This document shows positions 32,576 to 42,243 of a stretch of 64,000 bases of DNA, one piece after another. This DNA is from Nitrospirota bacterium (lineage in GTDB: Bacteria > Nitrospirota > UBA9217). Each line of letters starts with the position of its first letter. The stretch's first letter is position 1. Location: positions 576,001 to 640,000 of the forward strand of contig CAVUCU010000001.1 of NCBI GenBank assembly GCA_963740085.1, written 5' to 3'. A program made the position numbers and the translations under genes. The notes under the pieces were generated by a model. The model was not told the origin of the DNA and made no database searches. It saw only the letters and a program-made list of their open reading frames with translations.

Positions 32576-32653
32576 CGAGGGGTTGAAGATCAGGAGCCAG
32601 GGCTCGGAGTGCTGAATATCGAGTCTATCGTAACGGAGTCTATAGTAGTGTCC

Positions 32654-32669
32654 TTAGGGTCACCCATTT
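32654..32669. repeat. 16-bp direct repeat, copy 1
   Basis: TTAGGGTCACCCATTT, identical to 35841..35856. Confidence 0.85.
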
Positions 32670-33073
32670 AAAGGATATTGTCAAGGGCACAGTACTCTCC
32701 CCTGATGAGAAACGACTCTCATTGAGTTTTTTCGTTATCTTCATCTTCACCATTGCCGCAGTTTCATTCGGTTTCGGTGTCAGTCTCTACTGCACCAGTC
32801 ACCCCTCAGGATTAAGGTCATGATGGTGAAGCATTGATCCATTGACCCTTTCCGCCTCATGGCGGACCAGAAAATCTTCGGTTAAGGCCGTGTCCAAATG
32901 TTTGTTCAGGTCTAGTGGTTGTTAGCCAGCCCCAAGATGGCTCACGGCATGGGCAAAAGATGCTGATAACGTTATAGCGCTCGAACGCTTGTTGTAAGTA
33001 TACCAGTGTTAGATCTTTCAGGCATGTCGGGTAGGTGCCCTTTATATGATTATCAAGTCTTGCGACTTGACAT

Positions 33074-33926
33074 TTAGCGTTCACCCTTCGCAATCCTGCT
33101 GACTGTAGAGTAATGAAGACCTAGATGATCAGCAATCTCACTCTACAGATTACCATACTGTTCCACCGCCTTGACGATCGCACCCCGCCTCTTCCCCGGA
33201 TTCATCCGTACCTTCGAACTGAAGAGCTTCTCCAGCGACGGACGATTCGAATATCGCTGGCTCCGGGGAATGCTCAGGAATATCCTTGTGCTTTTTGAGA
33301 TGGTCGACGAGCTTATCAACGAAGCCTTCCTCCCCCAGAAGAGCCTGACCCCTTACCTCGGCCCAGATGGAATTCTGCCCGATCCCCGATTGAACGAACG
33401 TTCGGTACTCTTGCTCCGCCTTACCCCGTTTCCGGCTGAACTGGCCCAGCACCCAGTCTGTAGTCAGGCACAAATGGGGCTTTGCTTTGCCCGCAGTAGC
33501 CAGGTAACTTGACCATTTCCATTCCTCCGGCTTCTCGACCATCCTGGCCCGCACGGGATTCAGGACGACGTACCGGCAAACCTCCAGGAGATGACTGTCT
33601 TTCTGGATCAAGATGGCCTTGTACCTGCCCTGAAAGAGATGGCCTGTCCTTCCATGCCATTTATTGAAGAGCTGGGTATAGACACCGTTCAACTACCGCA
33701 TGCCGAGGGACAGATTGCCGTCAGGGGTCTCAATGAGAAAGAGATAGTGGTTCGTCATGAGACAGTAGCCATGGCAAATCCAATTATAGCGTTTATTAAA
33801 GTGCTGGAGGGTGTTCAGGAAGTTTTCGCGGTCTGTGTCATCCTTGAAGACCGGCTTCTTCTCGTTTTCCCGAGAAGTGACATGATAAACTGCGCCGGGA
33901 TATTCTATGCGGAGGGGGCGAGAGAT
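33074..33926 (-). pseudogene. decayed REP-associated tyrosine (Y1/HUH) transposase
   Basis: (M>I)SRPLRIEYPGAVYHVTSR, damaged HUH (NHYL), GHLFQGRY, RYVVLNPVRA, WSSY; two in-frame TAGs, a frameshift, and a C-terminal HTH EIADHLGLHYSTVSR. Confidence 0.85.
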
Positions 33927-34389
33927 GAAGCAAAAGAGAACACAAATGCCAAACCGCAAGACAAAGCCTTCGTGTTACTGAACCGGGGATAATCTATATT
34001 CAAGGATTATAATATTGCAGATCCGGCCACCAGAACTAATCAAATAGTGCTTGCGTGCCACAAAAAGAGCGAAGGAACTTCCCCCGCTCTTTCTTTAGTT
34101 TTCCATAATACATTAATTCTTTATATTTCAGAACATTATGGCAATAACTATTTAAATTGACATATCAAATTATTTAGGTTATTATTAACCTAGAAATTAT
34201 TGTTTTTACCAATAAATTAATTCTAATCTGAGAATCGTCCAAGGAGGAGATAACATGATTGGAATATGCGGAGAAGATAAGAGAAAGAGTGGTAGCCATC
34301 ACATGAAAAGAAGCCTATCGCATGCATAGGTTAACTGAAAAATAGTAACAGTTATTTGCATCTACTTGATGTCGCATTGATATTCGTTA

Positions 34390-35781
34390 ATGAGAATAAC
34401 CCATATCGACATGCTCACTAAATTTAACAGCATCAGAGTCAAAATTACCGGCATGGTGCTCTTCCTGCTCATCATCTCCGCTGTTTCATTCTACACGACC
34501 ACCCTCACGATCATGAATCATTATCTCCTCAATGAGGTGCTCAAGAAATCCGAAGCGCTTTCGAAAAGTGCCGCGGCATCTGCGGGTTACAGTCTGCTCT
34601 CGAAGGACTTCCTCGGTCTTGACAATATGGTTTTCAAGATGCGCGAGTCAAATCGTGATATAGAGTCGGTAGCGATCGTGGGTCCCAATATGAAAATCAT
34701 AGCGCACAGCGATATAGACAAGGCCGGAAAGATATTGTCGTCCCCTCAGGGGCGATTACTCCTGCAAGGCGGTGACGGAACCACGGTAAAGGAATCAATG
34801 AGTTCGTCCGCTGCCGGTTTTGAAATCGTAAGCCCTATCGTCATATTCAATAAGCGGAAGGGTTCGGTCATCCTCAGCGTGAACAAATCGGCGGTGCAGG
34901 ATGCCCAGCATGCGGCGCGAAAGAAGATCATGGTGATCTTTACGGGAATTCTCCTGTTGGGCATTGCCGGCAGCGTGGTCCTTTCCTCGTTTTTGACAAA
35001 GCCGATTCAAGAGCTTTCCGATGGCATGGATGACCTCAAGGAAGGGAAAAAAAATCGGCGGCTCAAAATCTACTCGCATGACGAGTTCGGAAGATTGACT
35101 GCGAGCTTCAATGAAATGATGGTAGTCATAGACGAACAGAGCGGCAGGCTTCACAAATACGCCAAAGATCTGGAGGACTCTTATGTCTCCACGGTGAGAG
35201 TGCTTGCCGCGGCGATCGATGCAAGAGACCCCTATACCCACGGGCACTCAATGAGGGTTTCGAGGCTTTCTCTTCAACTCGGGAGGGAAATCGGCCTGAA
35301 CAATGTTTCACTGGAGGAACTCGAGGTCTCGTGCCTGTTCCATGATATTGGAAAGATCAAAACACCGGACGCGATCCTCCGGAAAAGAGACAAGCTGACC
35401 GTCTTGGAGTACAAGGAAATGATGCGCCATACCGAATATGGGGCTGCTATTCTCAGTAAAGCACCGTCGCTGCAAAAATACATACCACCGGTCAGACATC
35501 ACCACGAGTGGTTTAACGGCAAAGGATATCCCGATGGACTGAAGGGAGAGGAGATCCCCCTGTTTGCCGCCATCATCGCCATAACTGACACCTATGACGC
35601 GATGACGTCGAACAGACCCTATCGCGACGCCATTTCTGAAATGGGGACGCTGGAGGAGCTCATGAAGTGCGCCGGCAAGCAATTTAATCCCGACCTCGTG
35701 AAGGTCTTCACGAGGATCATGGATAAGCGGATTGCCGAGGAATTGCAAGAGGTGCAAGAGATGCAAGAGATGCGAGGGTAG
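34390..35781 (+). CDS. membrane-bound HAMP + HD-GYP c-di-GMP phosphodiesterase
   Basis: Two TMs, HAMP domain, DARDPYTHGHS, HDIGK, HHEWFNGKGYPDGL, RPYR. Confidence 0.92.
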   Translation: MRITHIDMLTKFNSIRVKITGMVLFLLIISAVSFYTTTLTIMNHYLLNEVLKKSEALSKSAAASAGYSLLSKDFLGLDNMVFKMRESNRDIESVAIVGPNMKIIAHSDIDKAGKILSSPQGRLLLQGGDGTTVKESMSSSAAGFEIVSPIVIFNKRKGSVILSVNKSAVQDAQHAARKKIMVIFTGILLLGIAGSVVLSSFLTKPIQELSDGMDDLKEGKKNRRLKIYSHDEFGRLTASFNEMMVVIDEQSGRLHKYAKDLEDSYVSTVRVLAAAIDARDPYTHGHSMRVSRLSLQLGREIGLNNVSLEELEVSCLFHDIGKIKTPDAILRKRDKLTVLEYKEMMRHTEYGAAILSKAPSLQKYIPPVRHHHEWFNGKGYPDGLKGEEIPLFAAIIAITDTYDAMTSNRPYRDAISEMGTLEELMKCAGKQFNPDLVKVFTRIMDKRIAEELQEVQEMQEMRG

Positions 35782-35840
35782 ACGAACATGCAGCATCTTT
35801 CCCGAGGAAAAATAACAACTCACCATGCGGCCTTAGAACA

Positions 35841-35856
35841 TTAGGGTCACCCATTT
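35841..35856. repeat. 16-bp direct repeat, copy 2
   Basis: TTAGGGTCACCCATTT, identical to 32654..32669. Confidence 0.85.
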
Positions 35857-36032
35857 GATGCAAAGAAATTTATCTATAACAAATACAGGAATAACTGTTT
35901 GACTAAACAATTTTATCACATGTACATATTTCATTCAGTATTTATTTAGCAACAAGGGTTATTTTTTGTGTACTTTTTGAAAAGTATTCTCACCATAGCG
36001 CAGAATGTCGCGGGTCGGCAACAGCCACCGAC

Positions 36033-36066
36033 AAAAAAAAGGGGGCCGGTTATTCACCGGTCCCCT
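36033..36066 (-). terminator. intrinsic terminator after ferredoxin 2
   Basis: GGGGACCGG-tgaataa-CCGGCCCCC plus T8 on the minus strand. Confidence 0.8.
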
Positions 36067-36092
36067 GCTCAATTGATTTGCTGCTGATACTG

Positions 36093-36278
36093 CTATATCT
36101 CCGTGACGGTAATTGCCTGCTGCGGGCAGTTCTCAACGCAGGTCAGGCAGCTGATGCACTCGGACATGTTCTCCGGCTCGGACTTTTCGCTTGCCATCTT
36201 GAACACGCCCTGGGGGCATACGTTCACGCAGGCGCCGTCGCCGTCGCACTTTGCCTTGTCCACTGTTACCATATACAT
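36093..36278 (-). CDS. dicluster ferredoxin (copy 2)
   Basis: CDGDGAC...CP and CISCLTC...CP; AGGAGG RBS. Confidence 0.93.
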   Translation of the reverse strand: MYMVTVDKAKCDGDGACVNVCPQGVFKMASEKSEPENMSECISCLTCVENCPQQAITVTEI

Positions 36279-36369
36279 GTGTCTGTTTTCCTCCTTCGAC
36301 AAAAATATGAATCCATCCAGCGAAGTGACATATTACCACTCCGAAGTTTAAAATCAAGTGAGAAATAAG

Positions 36370-36403
36370 AAAAAAGGGGCCCACCCTTGCGGTGTGGACC
36401 CTT
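36370..36403 (-). terminator. intrinsic terminator after dsrP
   Basis: GGGTCCAC-ACC-GCAA-GG-GTGGGCCC hairpin plus T tract. Confidence 0.7.
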
Positions 36404-36425
36404 GTCAAGTAACTATCGGTTTTTA

Positions 36426-37598
36426 TTAATGCTCCAGCTCGATCCCCGCTGTTTCTTCCCTGACCGTGATCGCGATCTTGTAGAGCAGGGTCAGCACCAG
36501 GAACCCGATCGCCCAGATGCCGATGGTGATCAGGGTCTCCGGCTGAGTGGGCCAGTAGGGATGCACTTCCTCAAAGGGGTTCGGCACGAAACCGCCGATG
36601 ATCAGACCGAAACCCTTGTCGATCCAGAGGGAGACGAAGAGCATGATGCACGCAAGCGCCAGGGCCGCCTCGCTCTTCCGTATCTTCGGGACCCAGAGCA
36701 TGAACAGCGAAATCGCCGCAAAGATCGTTGAGACCCACATGAGCGGAACCAGTTCCGTATGCCCGTCAAGCCCGGAATACAGATAGAGTAAGGAACTCCT
36801 ATGACTGGGAATGCCGCTGTAGAATGCGGTGAAGAACTCCAGTCCCAGGAAAAAGACGTTCGCGAACATGGCATACGACACGATCTTGCCCACTGCCTGG
36901 ATGGCCTCCTTGCCTGCATCGAACTTGCTGATCTTCCGCACGATCAATGCCAGAATGATCAGGAGCGCCGGACCGGCGGCAAAGGCCGAGGCCAGGAACC
37001 GCGCTGCCATGATCGCGCTGAGCCAGAAATGACGCCCCGGGATACCGGCATAGAGAAATGCCGTGACCGTATGGATGCTGATCGCCCAGGGGATCGAGAG
37101 ATAGATGAAAAATTTTATCCACTTCGGCGGGGCAATCCCCTTCCGGTCGGAGCCGAGGGTGACCCAGCCGACCAGGAGGTTTATAAAGAGGTAACCGTTC
37201 AGCACGACCGTGTCCCAGAACACCATTGCGGTCGGCGTGGGGTGCAGAAATATGTTCATGACCCTCATGGGCTGTCCCATGTCCGACAGGATGAACAGCA
37301 TGCACATGACCACCGCCGAAATGGCGAGGAACTCACCAAGGATCACGATCTTCCCGAACGTCTTATAATCGTGCAGATAATAGGGTATCACGAGCATTAC
37401 GGCCGAGGCCGCAACGCCGACCAGGAACGTGAACTGACCGATATACAGGCCCCAGGTCACGTCCCGGTGCATGCCGGTGAGTCCCAATCCGTATGAGAAC
37501 TGATGGAGGTAGTTGATCACCCCAACCGTAGCCAGGACGCCGAGAAACAGGATCCATGCCCAGTATTTTTTACTTCCCACCAATGCCTTCTCAAGCAT
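36426..37598 (-). CDS. dsrP: DsrMKJOP complex subunit P (NrfD family)
   Basis: TGMHRDVTWGLYI, DMGQP, SIHTVTAF, WIDKG; position in the operon. Confidence 0.93.
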   Translation of the reverse strand: MLEKALVGSKKYWAWILFLGVLATVGVINYLHQFSYGLGLTGMHRDVTWGLYIGQFTFLVGVAASAVMLVIPYYLHDYKTFGKIVILGEFLAISAVVMCMLFILSDMGQPMRVMNIFLHPTPTAMVFWDTVVLNGYLFINLLVGWVTLGSDRKGIAPPKWIKFFIYLSIPWAISIHTVTAFLYAGIPGRHFWLSAIMAARFLASAFAAGPALLIILALIVRKISKFDAGKEAIQAVGKIVSYAMFANVFFLGLEFFTAFYSGIPSHRSSLLYLYSGLDGHTELVPLMWVSTIFAAISLFMLWVPKIRKSEAALALACIMLFVSLWIDKGFGLIIGGFVPNPFEEVHPYWPTQPETLITIGIWAIGFLVLTLLYKIAITVREETAGIELEH

Positions 37599-38421
37599 GT
37601 TCGCTCCCTCCTACGATGTAATAAATCCCCGGGCCGGTACCCAGGTCGGATTTTCGCCGGATCGTGTACTGGTTCTCGACGATCTTCCGGACCTCGGAGT
37701 TGGGGTCTTCCAGATCGCCGAAGAGCAGGCCGCCTTTGGGCGCGGCTTCGACACATGCCGGCAGTTTCCCCACCGCAAGCCGCTCGGTGCAGAAGGTGCA
37801 TTTTTCCACCACGCCTATCGCCCGGGTCGGGTAGTGCCTGTTCATGGTCTCGGGCTTGATGGCCGGCCGGGGGTCCCTCCAGTTAAAGCTCCGGGCCCCG
37901 TAAGGACACGCAGCCATGCAGAAGCGGCATCCGATGCAGCGATGCTCGTCCTGCATGGTGATCCCGTCCGGGAGTTTGAAAGTCGCCTGCGTGGGGCAGA
38001 CCCGGACACAGGGGGGGTTGTCACAGTGGTTGCACGCGACGATGAACTTCATGTCCTTCACGTGCTCGCTCATGTACTTGTTTTCCTGGCCCGGGAACGC
38101 GTGTTCGTACGGCGCTGTCCAGATCCATTTTATCTCGTCCTTCTTGTTGACGGTGCCATCGGCGTTCCGGAAGTCGGGAACGTTGTGCGTCAGGTGGCAG
38201 GCATCAATGACCTTCTTGATGTCATCCTCGGTCTTGAACTTGCTCATATCCACGACCATGGCCCAGCGCTTCGCAAGCAGCGCTTCCTTGTTCTTGTCCA
38301 CCTGCTCCGGACCCAGACCTTTTACCCAGAGATTATGGGTGGCTGATGCAGCCGTTGCGCCGAGTCCCAGAACGGAGGAGATACCGGCTATTTTGAGGAA
38401 TTGTCTCCTGTCCATGCTCAT
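37591..38421 (-). CDS. dsrO: DsrMKJOP complex subunit O (periplasmic Fe-S protein)
   Basis: Tat signal DRRQFLK; CNHCDNPPCVRVCP, CIGCRFCMAACP, KCTFC. Confidence 0.93.
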   Translation of the reverse strand: MSMDRRQFLKIAGISSVLGLGATAASATHNLWVKGLGPEQVDKNKEALLAKRWAMVVDMSKFKTEDDIKKVIDACHLTHNVPDFRNADGTVNKKDEIKWIWTAPYEHAFPGQENKYMSEHVKDMKFIVACNHCDNPPCVRVCPTQATFKLPDGITMQDEHRCIGCRFCMAACPYGARSFNWRDPRPAIKPETMNRHYPTRAIGVVEKCTFCTERLAVGKLPACVEAAPKGGLLFGDLEDPNSEVRKIVENQYTIRRKSDLGTGPGIYYIVGGSEHA

Positions 38422-38846
38422 GATTTGTTCTCCTCCTTTTCCACCGGTGCTATATGGCAGTTCCAGCAATACGGTTGAACCGCCATGTAGTTGTGACATT
38501 CGTCGCAGAATTTCTTTTTATTGGAATGGCAGACCATGCAGCCGTTCTGGATGCTCATGTTGAACCGTTTGTGGTTCGAGTTGCTCAGGTAACCCCGGTT
38601 GTCCTGACGCACCACCATATCCCGCCAGTCGTTCAGGAGCTGCATGTGGTCGGCCCGCATGAACTCTTTGGACTCCACGCACTCCTTCTTGCCATACTGT
38701 TTCTCCCATTCCTGGATCGCGGGCGTGTCCACCTTCGGGTCGGGCTTGGCATTCACCCTCCCGATATTGTAATAAAACGGGAAAGCCGCAATTGCCACGA
38801 ACACCAGGATCCCAATGAATATTTTACCGACGTCATAGAGTTTCAT
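38418..38846 (-). CDS. dsrJ: DsrMKJOP complex subunit J (triheme cytochrome c)
   Basis: CVES..MRADHMQLLNDWRD; three CxxCH motifs. Confidence 0.94.
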   Translation of the reverse strand: MKLYDVGKIFIGILVFVAIAAFPFYYNIGRVNAKPDPKVDTPAIQEWEKQYGKKECVESKEFMRADHMQLLNDWRDMVVRQDNRGYLSNSNHKRFNMSIQNGCMVCHSNKKKFCDECHNYMAVQPYCWNCHIAPVEKEENKS

Positions 38847-40465
38847 TAGGCTTTATCCTCCTTCGCTTCGACTCCTGGAAGAGGTTCACCGCGCATGTTG
38901 GTCGTTCTTTCCTTCTCGCCCGTCATGATCATGGCATTCGCCACGAGCTCATGAATGCCGGTCACCTTTACCCCCGGGACCCAGTAGTCCATGAGCGGCG
39001 GAAGCGTCGCACGGTCGATGGCGCAGATATTCGCAAGCATGTTCACCCCATAGTGTTCATGCACGAACTTGACGGCATTCGCGCGGGGGAAGCCGCCCTT
39101 CATGCGGAGGTCCAGGTCCTCCGAGGCGTTCAGACCGGAGCCGCTGCCGCAGCAGAAGGTCTTTTCTCTGATCGTGTCTTCCGGCATCTCATAAAAGTGG
39201 TTGCAGACCTTGTTAATGATATATCGCGGCTCCTCGAGGATGCCCATGCCGCGCGCCGTGTTACAGGAATCGTGGAACGTCACCTTGAGATTGTCGTTCC
39301 TCTTCGGGTCGAGCTTGAGTTTGTTGTTCCTGATCAGATCGGCGGTAAATTCAGCGACATGAACCATCTTCATGGACCTGGTATTTTCAAAGACCGTTCC
39401 GGTGATCGGCGATTTCGGGACTTCCAGAAAATCCGCCGGGCCGTTCCACGTGTCCATGTACTGGGTCAGAACGCGCCACATGTGTCCGCATTCCCCGCCG
39501 AGGATCCACTTCACGCCGAGCCGCTTGGCCTCCGCGTAGATCTTGGAATTGAGCCTTTTCGCCATCTCATTGGACGTGAAAAACCCGAAATTGCCGCCCT
39601 CGGAGGCGTATGTGCTCCACGTATAGTCGAGCCCCAGTTCTTCGAACAACATCATGTATCCCATTGCGGTATAGGTCCCCGGGTCGGCGAACAGGTCTCC
39701 TGAAGGAGTCACGAACAGGATCTCGGCGCCTTTCCGGTTGAACGTCGGCTTTATCTTTTTGCCGGTGATGGTCTCGATGTCGTCGAGCATATACTCGATA
39801 TTGCTCGTGATCGCATGGGGTTCGAGACCCAGGTGGTTCCCCTTCATGTAGCAGTTCGCCACCGGACCTGCGATCCATTCGATATTCAATCCCAGGAGAT
39901 TCAAAAGCTCACGGCCGATGATGGTTATCTCCGCCTGGTCGATGCCGTACGGGCAGAAGACCGAACAGCGTCGGCACTCGGTGCACTGGAAAAAGTAGTA
40001 CCACCACTCCTTCAGCACATCCAGCGTGAGCTCGCGCGCGCCGGCCATTTTGCCGAAGAGCTTGCCGGCAAGGGTGAATTCTTTTCTATAGACCGACCTG
40101 ATCAGCTCGGCCCTGAGCACCGGCATGTTCTTTGGGTCGCCCGTGCCGATAAAGAAGTGGCATTTGTCCGCGCATGCGCCGCAGCGCACGCAGATGTCCA
40201 TGAAGAGCCGGAACGACCGGTATTTTTCGAGCCGCTCGGCGATCCCCTTCAGCAGAATCTCTTTCCAGTCCGCGGGGAGCTTCCAGTCCGCGTCCATGGG
40301 TCTCCAGTCCCGCGGGTTCGGAAAGCTGATGGTCTCGAGGCTTTTCGGCTTCGCTCCATGACAGAACATCCCTTCTTTTAACACGACGGGCGTGTCCATC
40401 CACCCCGTCTTCGGCGGCGCGTAATCTATCTTCGACAGCTCTTCTGGCTTCGGAAGTTTTGCCAT
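38846..40465 (-). CDS. dsrK: DsrMKJOP complex subunit K (HdrD-like)
   Basis: CVRCGACADKC, CTECRRCSVFCP, GECGH, HDSC, CCGSG. Confidence 0.95.
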   Translation of the reverse strand: MAKLPKPEELSKIDYAPPKTGWMDTPVVLKEGMFCHGAKPKSLETISFPNPRDWRPMDADWKLPADWKEILLKGIAERLEKYRSFRLFMDICVRCGACADKCHFFIGTGDPKNMPVLRAELIRSVYRKEFTLAGKLFGKMAGARELTLDVLKEWWYYFFQCTECRRCSVFCPYGIDQAEITIIGRELLNLLGLNIEWIAGPVANCYMKGNHLGLEPHAITSNIEYMLDDIETITGKKIKPTFNRKGAEILFVTPSGDLFADPGTYTAMGYMMLFEELGLDYTWSTYASEGGNFGFFTSNEMAKRLNSKIYAEAKRLGVKWILGGECGHMWRVLTQYMDTWNGPADFLEVPKSPITGTVFENTRSMKMVHVAEFTADLIRNNKLKLDPKRNDNLKVTFHDSCNTARGMGILEEPRYIINKVCNHFYEMPEDTIREKTFCCGSGSGLNASEDLDLRMKGGFPRANAVKFVHEHYGVNMLANICAIDRATLPPLMDYWVPGVKVTGIHELVANAMIMTGEKERTTNMRGEPLPGVEAKEDKA

Positions 40466-40467
40466 GA

Positions 40468-41466
40468 TTACTCCTTTTCTACCGGCAGGCCGGCTTTTTT
40501 CATTTTGTCCCTGAACTCGTCCTCATACTCGGCATAGGTGTGGACATGGACCGGATAGTTCCAGGGATTGATGTGCCTCTTCGCGCGGTTATTGTTCGCC
40601 AGATTGCGGGTTGGGCTCATGAAGACGCCTGCCATATGGACCAGCTTGCTGAACGGAAAATAGGCGAACAGGGTGCAGATGAGGAACAGGTGGATGTAGA
40701 AGATCGCCCCGATCTTTCCGAGCACGGTCGGGTCCGGCTTAAAGCTTACTAAGGACATGGTGATGATCTTGACGCTGATGATGTCCGTCTTATAGAAATA
40801 TCTCATGAGCACGCCGGTCAATGCAATGCCGAAGATGAGGAAGAGCGGGAAGTAATCTGCGATGAGCGAAATGTACCGTACCTGCGAAAGGGCCGCCCTC
40901 CTGATGAAAAGATAGGTGACCGCCGCCAGGAGCACTAGGTCGGTCAGGTACAAAAGCGGCGTTCCCACCTGGAGGAAGCTGTCCAGCGCCGAAATCGTCT
41001 GGATCGCCTCGGGCACCGGCGTCATAAAGAACCGCAGGTGTCTGATAAGAATGAGGAGGAATGAATAGTGGAATGCCATGCCTGCGAGCCAGAGCCACTT
41101 TGCCTCTCCGTAGGTGAGCCTGGCCCCGTCCTGCATTTGCGTTTTCAAGTTCCGGAAGAGCGATCGGAAGAAGAACACTTCCAGGGCCATCCTTCCGAGA
41201 ACACCGAGCATGCCCGAGGGATTTTCGAGCTTGCTCTGTTTGATCCAGGGAAGCGATTTCTGCTGTCCGCAGGTCGTGGGGATTCGGAACGGCACGGGTG
41301 AGCTGCCCCACTTCAGGACGCGGAAGATAATGCCGCCGATAAAGAGGAGGACCGCCAGATAGGGGATCACGATCCCGAAGACATACTGCGCGTTCAACAC
41401 CGTCACTCCCGCGTAGGCAATCAGTACAAGGAGCAGTACTGCGATGAAAGAAAATAAGGCTTTCAT
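40468..41466 (-). CDS. dsrM: DsrMKJOP complex subunit M (NarI-like cytochrome b)
   Basis: FRIPTTCGQQ, FRSLFRN, FH...RH, FSKLVH, PTRNLANNNR. Confidence 0.95.
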   Translation of the reverse strand: MKALFSFIAVLLLVLIAYAGVTVLNAQYVFGIVIPYLAVLLFIGGIIFRVLKWGSSPVPFRIPTTCGQQKSLPWIKQSKLENPSGMLGVLGRMALEVFFFRSLFRNLKTQMQDGARLTYGEAKWLWLAGMAFHYSFLLILIRHLRFFMTPVPEAIQTISALDSFLQVGTPLLYLTDLVLLAAVTYLFIRRAALSQVRYISLIADYFPLFLIFGIALTGVLMRYFYKTDIISVKIITMSLVSFKPDPTVLGKIGAIFYIHLFLICTLFAYFPFSKLVHMAGVFMSPTRNLANNNRAKRHINPWNYPVHVHTYAEYEDEFRDKMKKAGLPVEKE

Positions 41467-41510
41467 GTCGTTACCTCTCTTCGTTTAGTTACGTAATGTC
41501 AAAACCTTTC

Positions 41511-41638
41511 ACCGCAGAGGACACAGAGAAAGGCTTAAATCTCAGGGTTAAATCCTAAAAATTGATTTTGATGTTGACACCTTCGCGACCTTCGTTTATG
41601 GCCGCGTTCTGGCGACAGCAGGCTACGCCTTCGCGGTT
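41511..41638. repeat. inverted pair of nonamer arrays with an interrupted right arm
   Basis: ACCGCAGAGGACACAGAG ... CCTTCGCGACC[insert]CCTTCGCGGT, between dsrT and dsrM. Confidence 0.6.
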
Positions 41639-41661
41639 TGAGCGGACCTGCCTCATGGTTA

Positions 41662-42183
41662 CTAGTCCTGACCATCAACGATAATACGCGCCTGCTGCAA
41701 GAGCCTGAAGGTCATGTTGGTAGCTTCCTTCGCCTTGAGCTCGTAGATCTTTTCCCGGCACGTCATGTAGATATCGAAGGAGAAAAGGGCCAGATCGTCG
41801 ATTGCCGAATCAAAGGACGCCAGTTCCTCGATCATCCGTTGCTGCTGCAAGACTTCGCTCCCGAGCTCCTGACGCACGATCCGCTTGAGCTGGAAGATGA
41901 AGGTGACCGCCTCGGACGGCGAAAACTCCTGGATCGCCCGGATCCTGACAATTCCGTCAAGATGCGTCTTAACGGTATCAGGGATCATCCCCTGCAGCAG
42001 CGCATCGAACAGGCCGTCCAGTCCCTCTGCGAGGGTGTAGCCTACCGGGTTCGCGAACTGTGCCTTTTTCTTCTTCAAAAAACCGGAGGTATTCTCCGGG
42101 TACGTGTCCGCGACCGCATCGAACCATTTCTTCAGGATCGCGGGTTTCTTTTTCATCAAATGCTGTTTGAGGTCCATGTTCAT
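41662..42183 (-). CDS. dsrT: DsrT (RsbRD N-terminal-like protein)
   Basis: FANPVG, IVRIRAIQEFSPSEA, FDIYMTCREKIYELK; directly upstream of dsrM; start approximate. Confidence 0.88.
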   Translation of the reverse strand: MNMDLKQHLMKKKPAILKKWFDAVADTYPENTSGFLKKKKAQFANPVGYTLAEGLDGLFDALLQGMIPDTVKTHLDGIVRIRAIQEFSPSEAVTFIFQLKRIVRQELGSEVLQQQRMIEELASFDSAIDDLALFSFDIYMTCREKIYELKAKEATNMTFRLLQQARIIVDGQD

Positions 42184-42243
42184 CATCAATGACCAATCCG
42201 GGGAAAATAGGACCCTGCAGCAATCGCCGCAGGGCTTCATCTG

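Noticed and set aside
32700-33060. Possible gene remnant with a signal-peptide-like stretch (KRLSLSFFVIFIFTIAAVSFG)
   Set aside because: No in-frame start and an early stop; too degraded to call.
33693-33695. In-frame TAG in the transposase as pyrrolysine or a recoded stop
   Set aside because: The gene also has a lost start codon, a damaged HUH motif, a second TAG and a frameshift; this is ordinary decay, and TAG ends normal genes here.
35745-35776. 9-bp tandem repeat at the end of the HD-GYP gene (QEVQEMQEM)
   Set aside because: Short in-frame slippage with no inverted partner seen; little functional implication.
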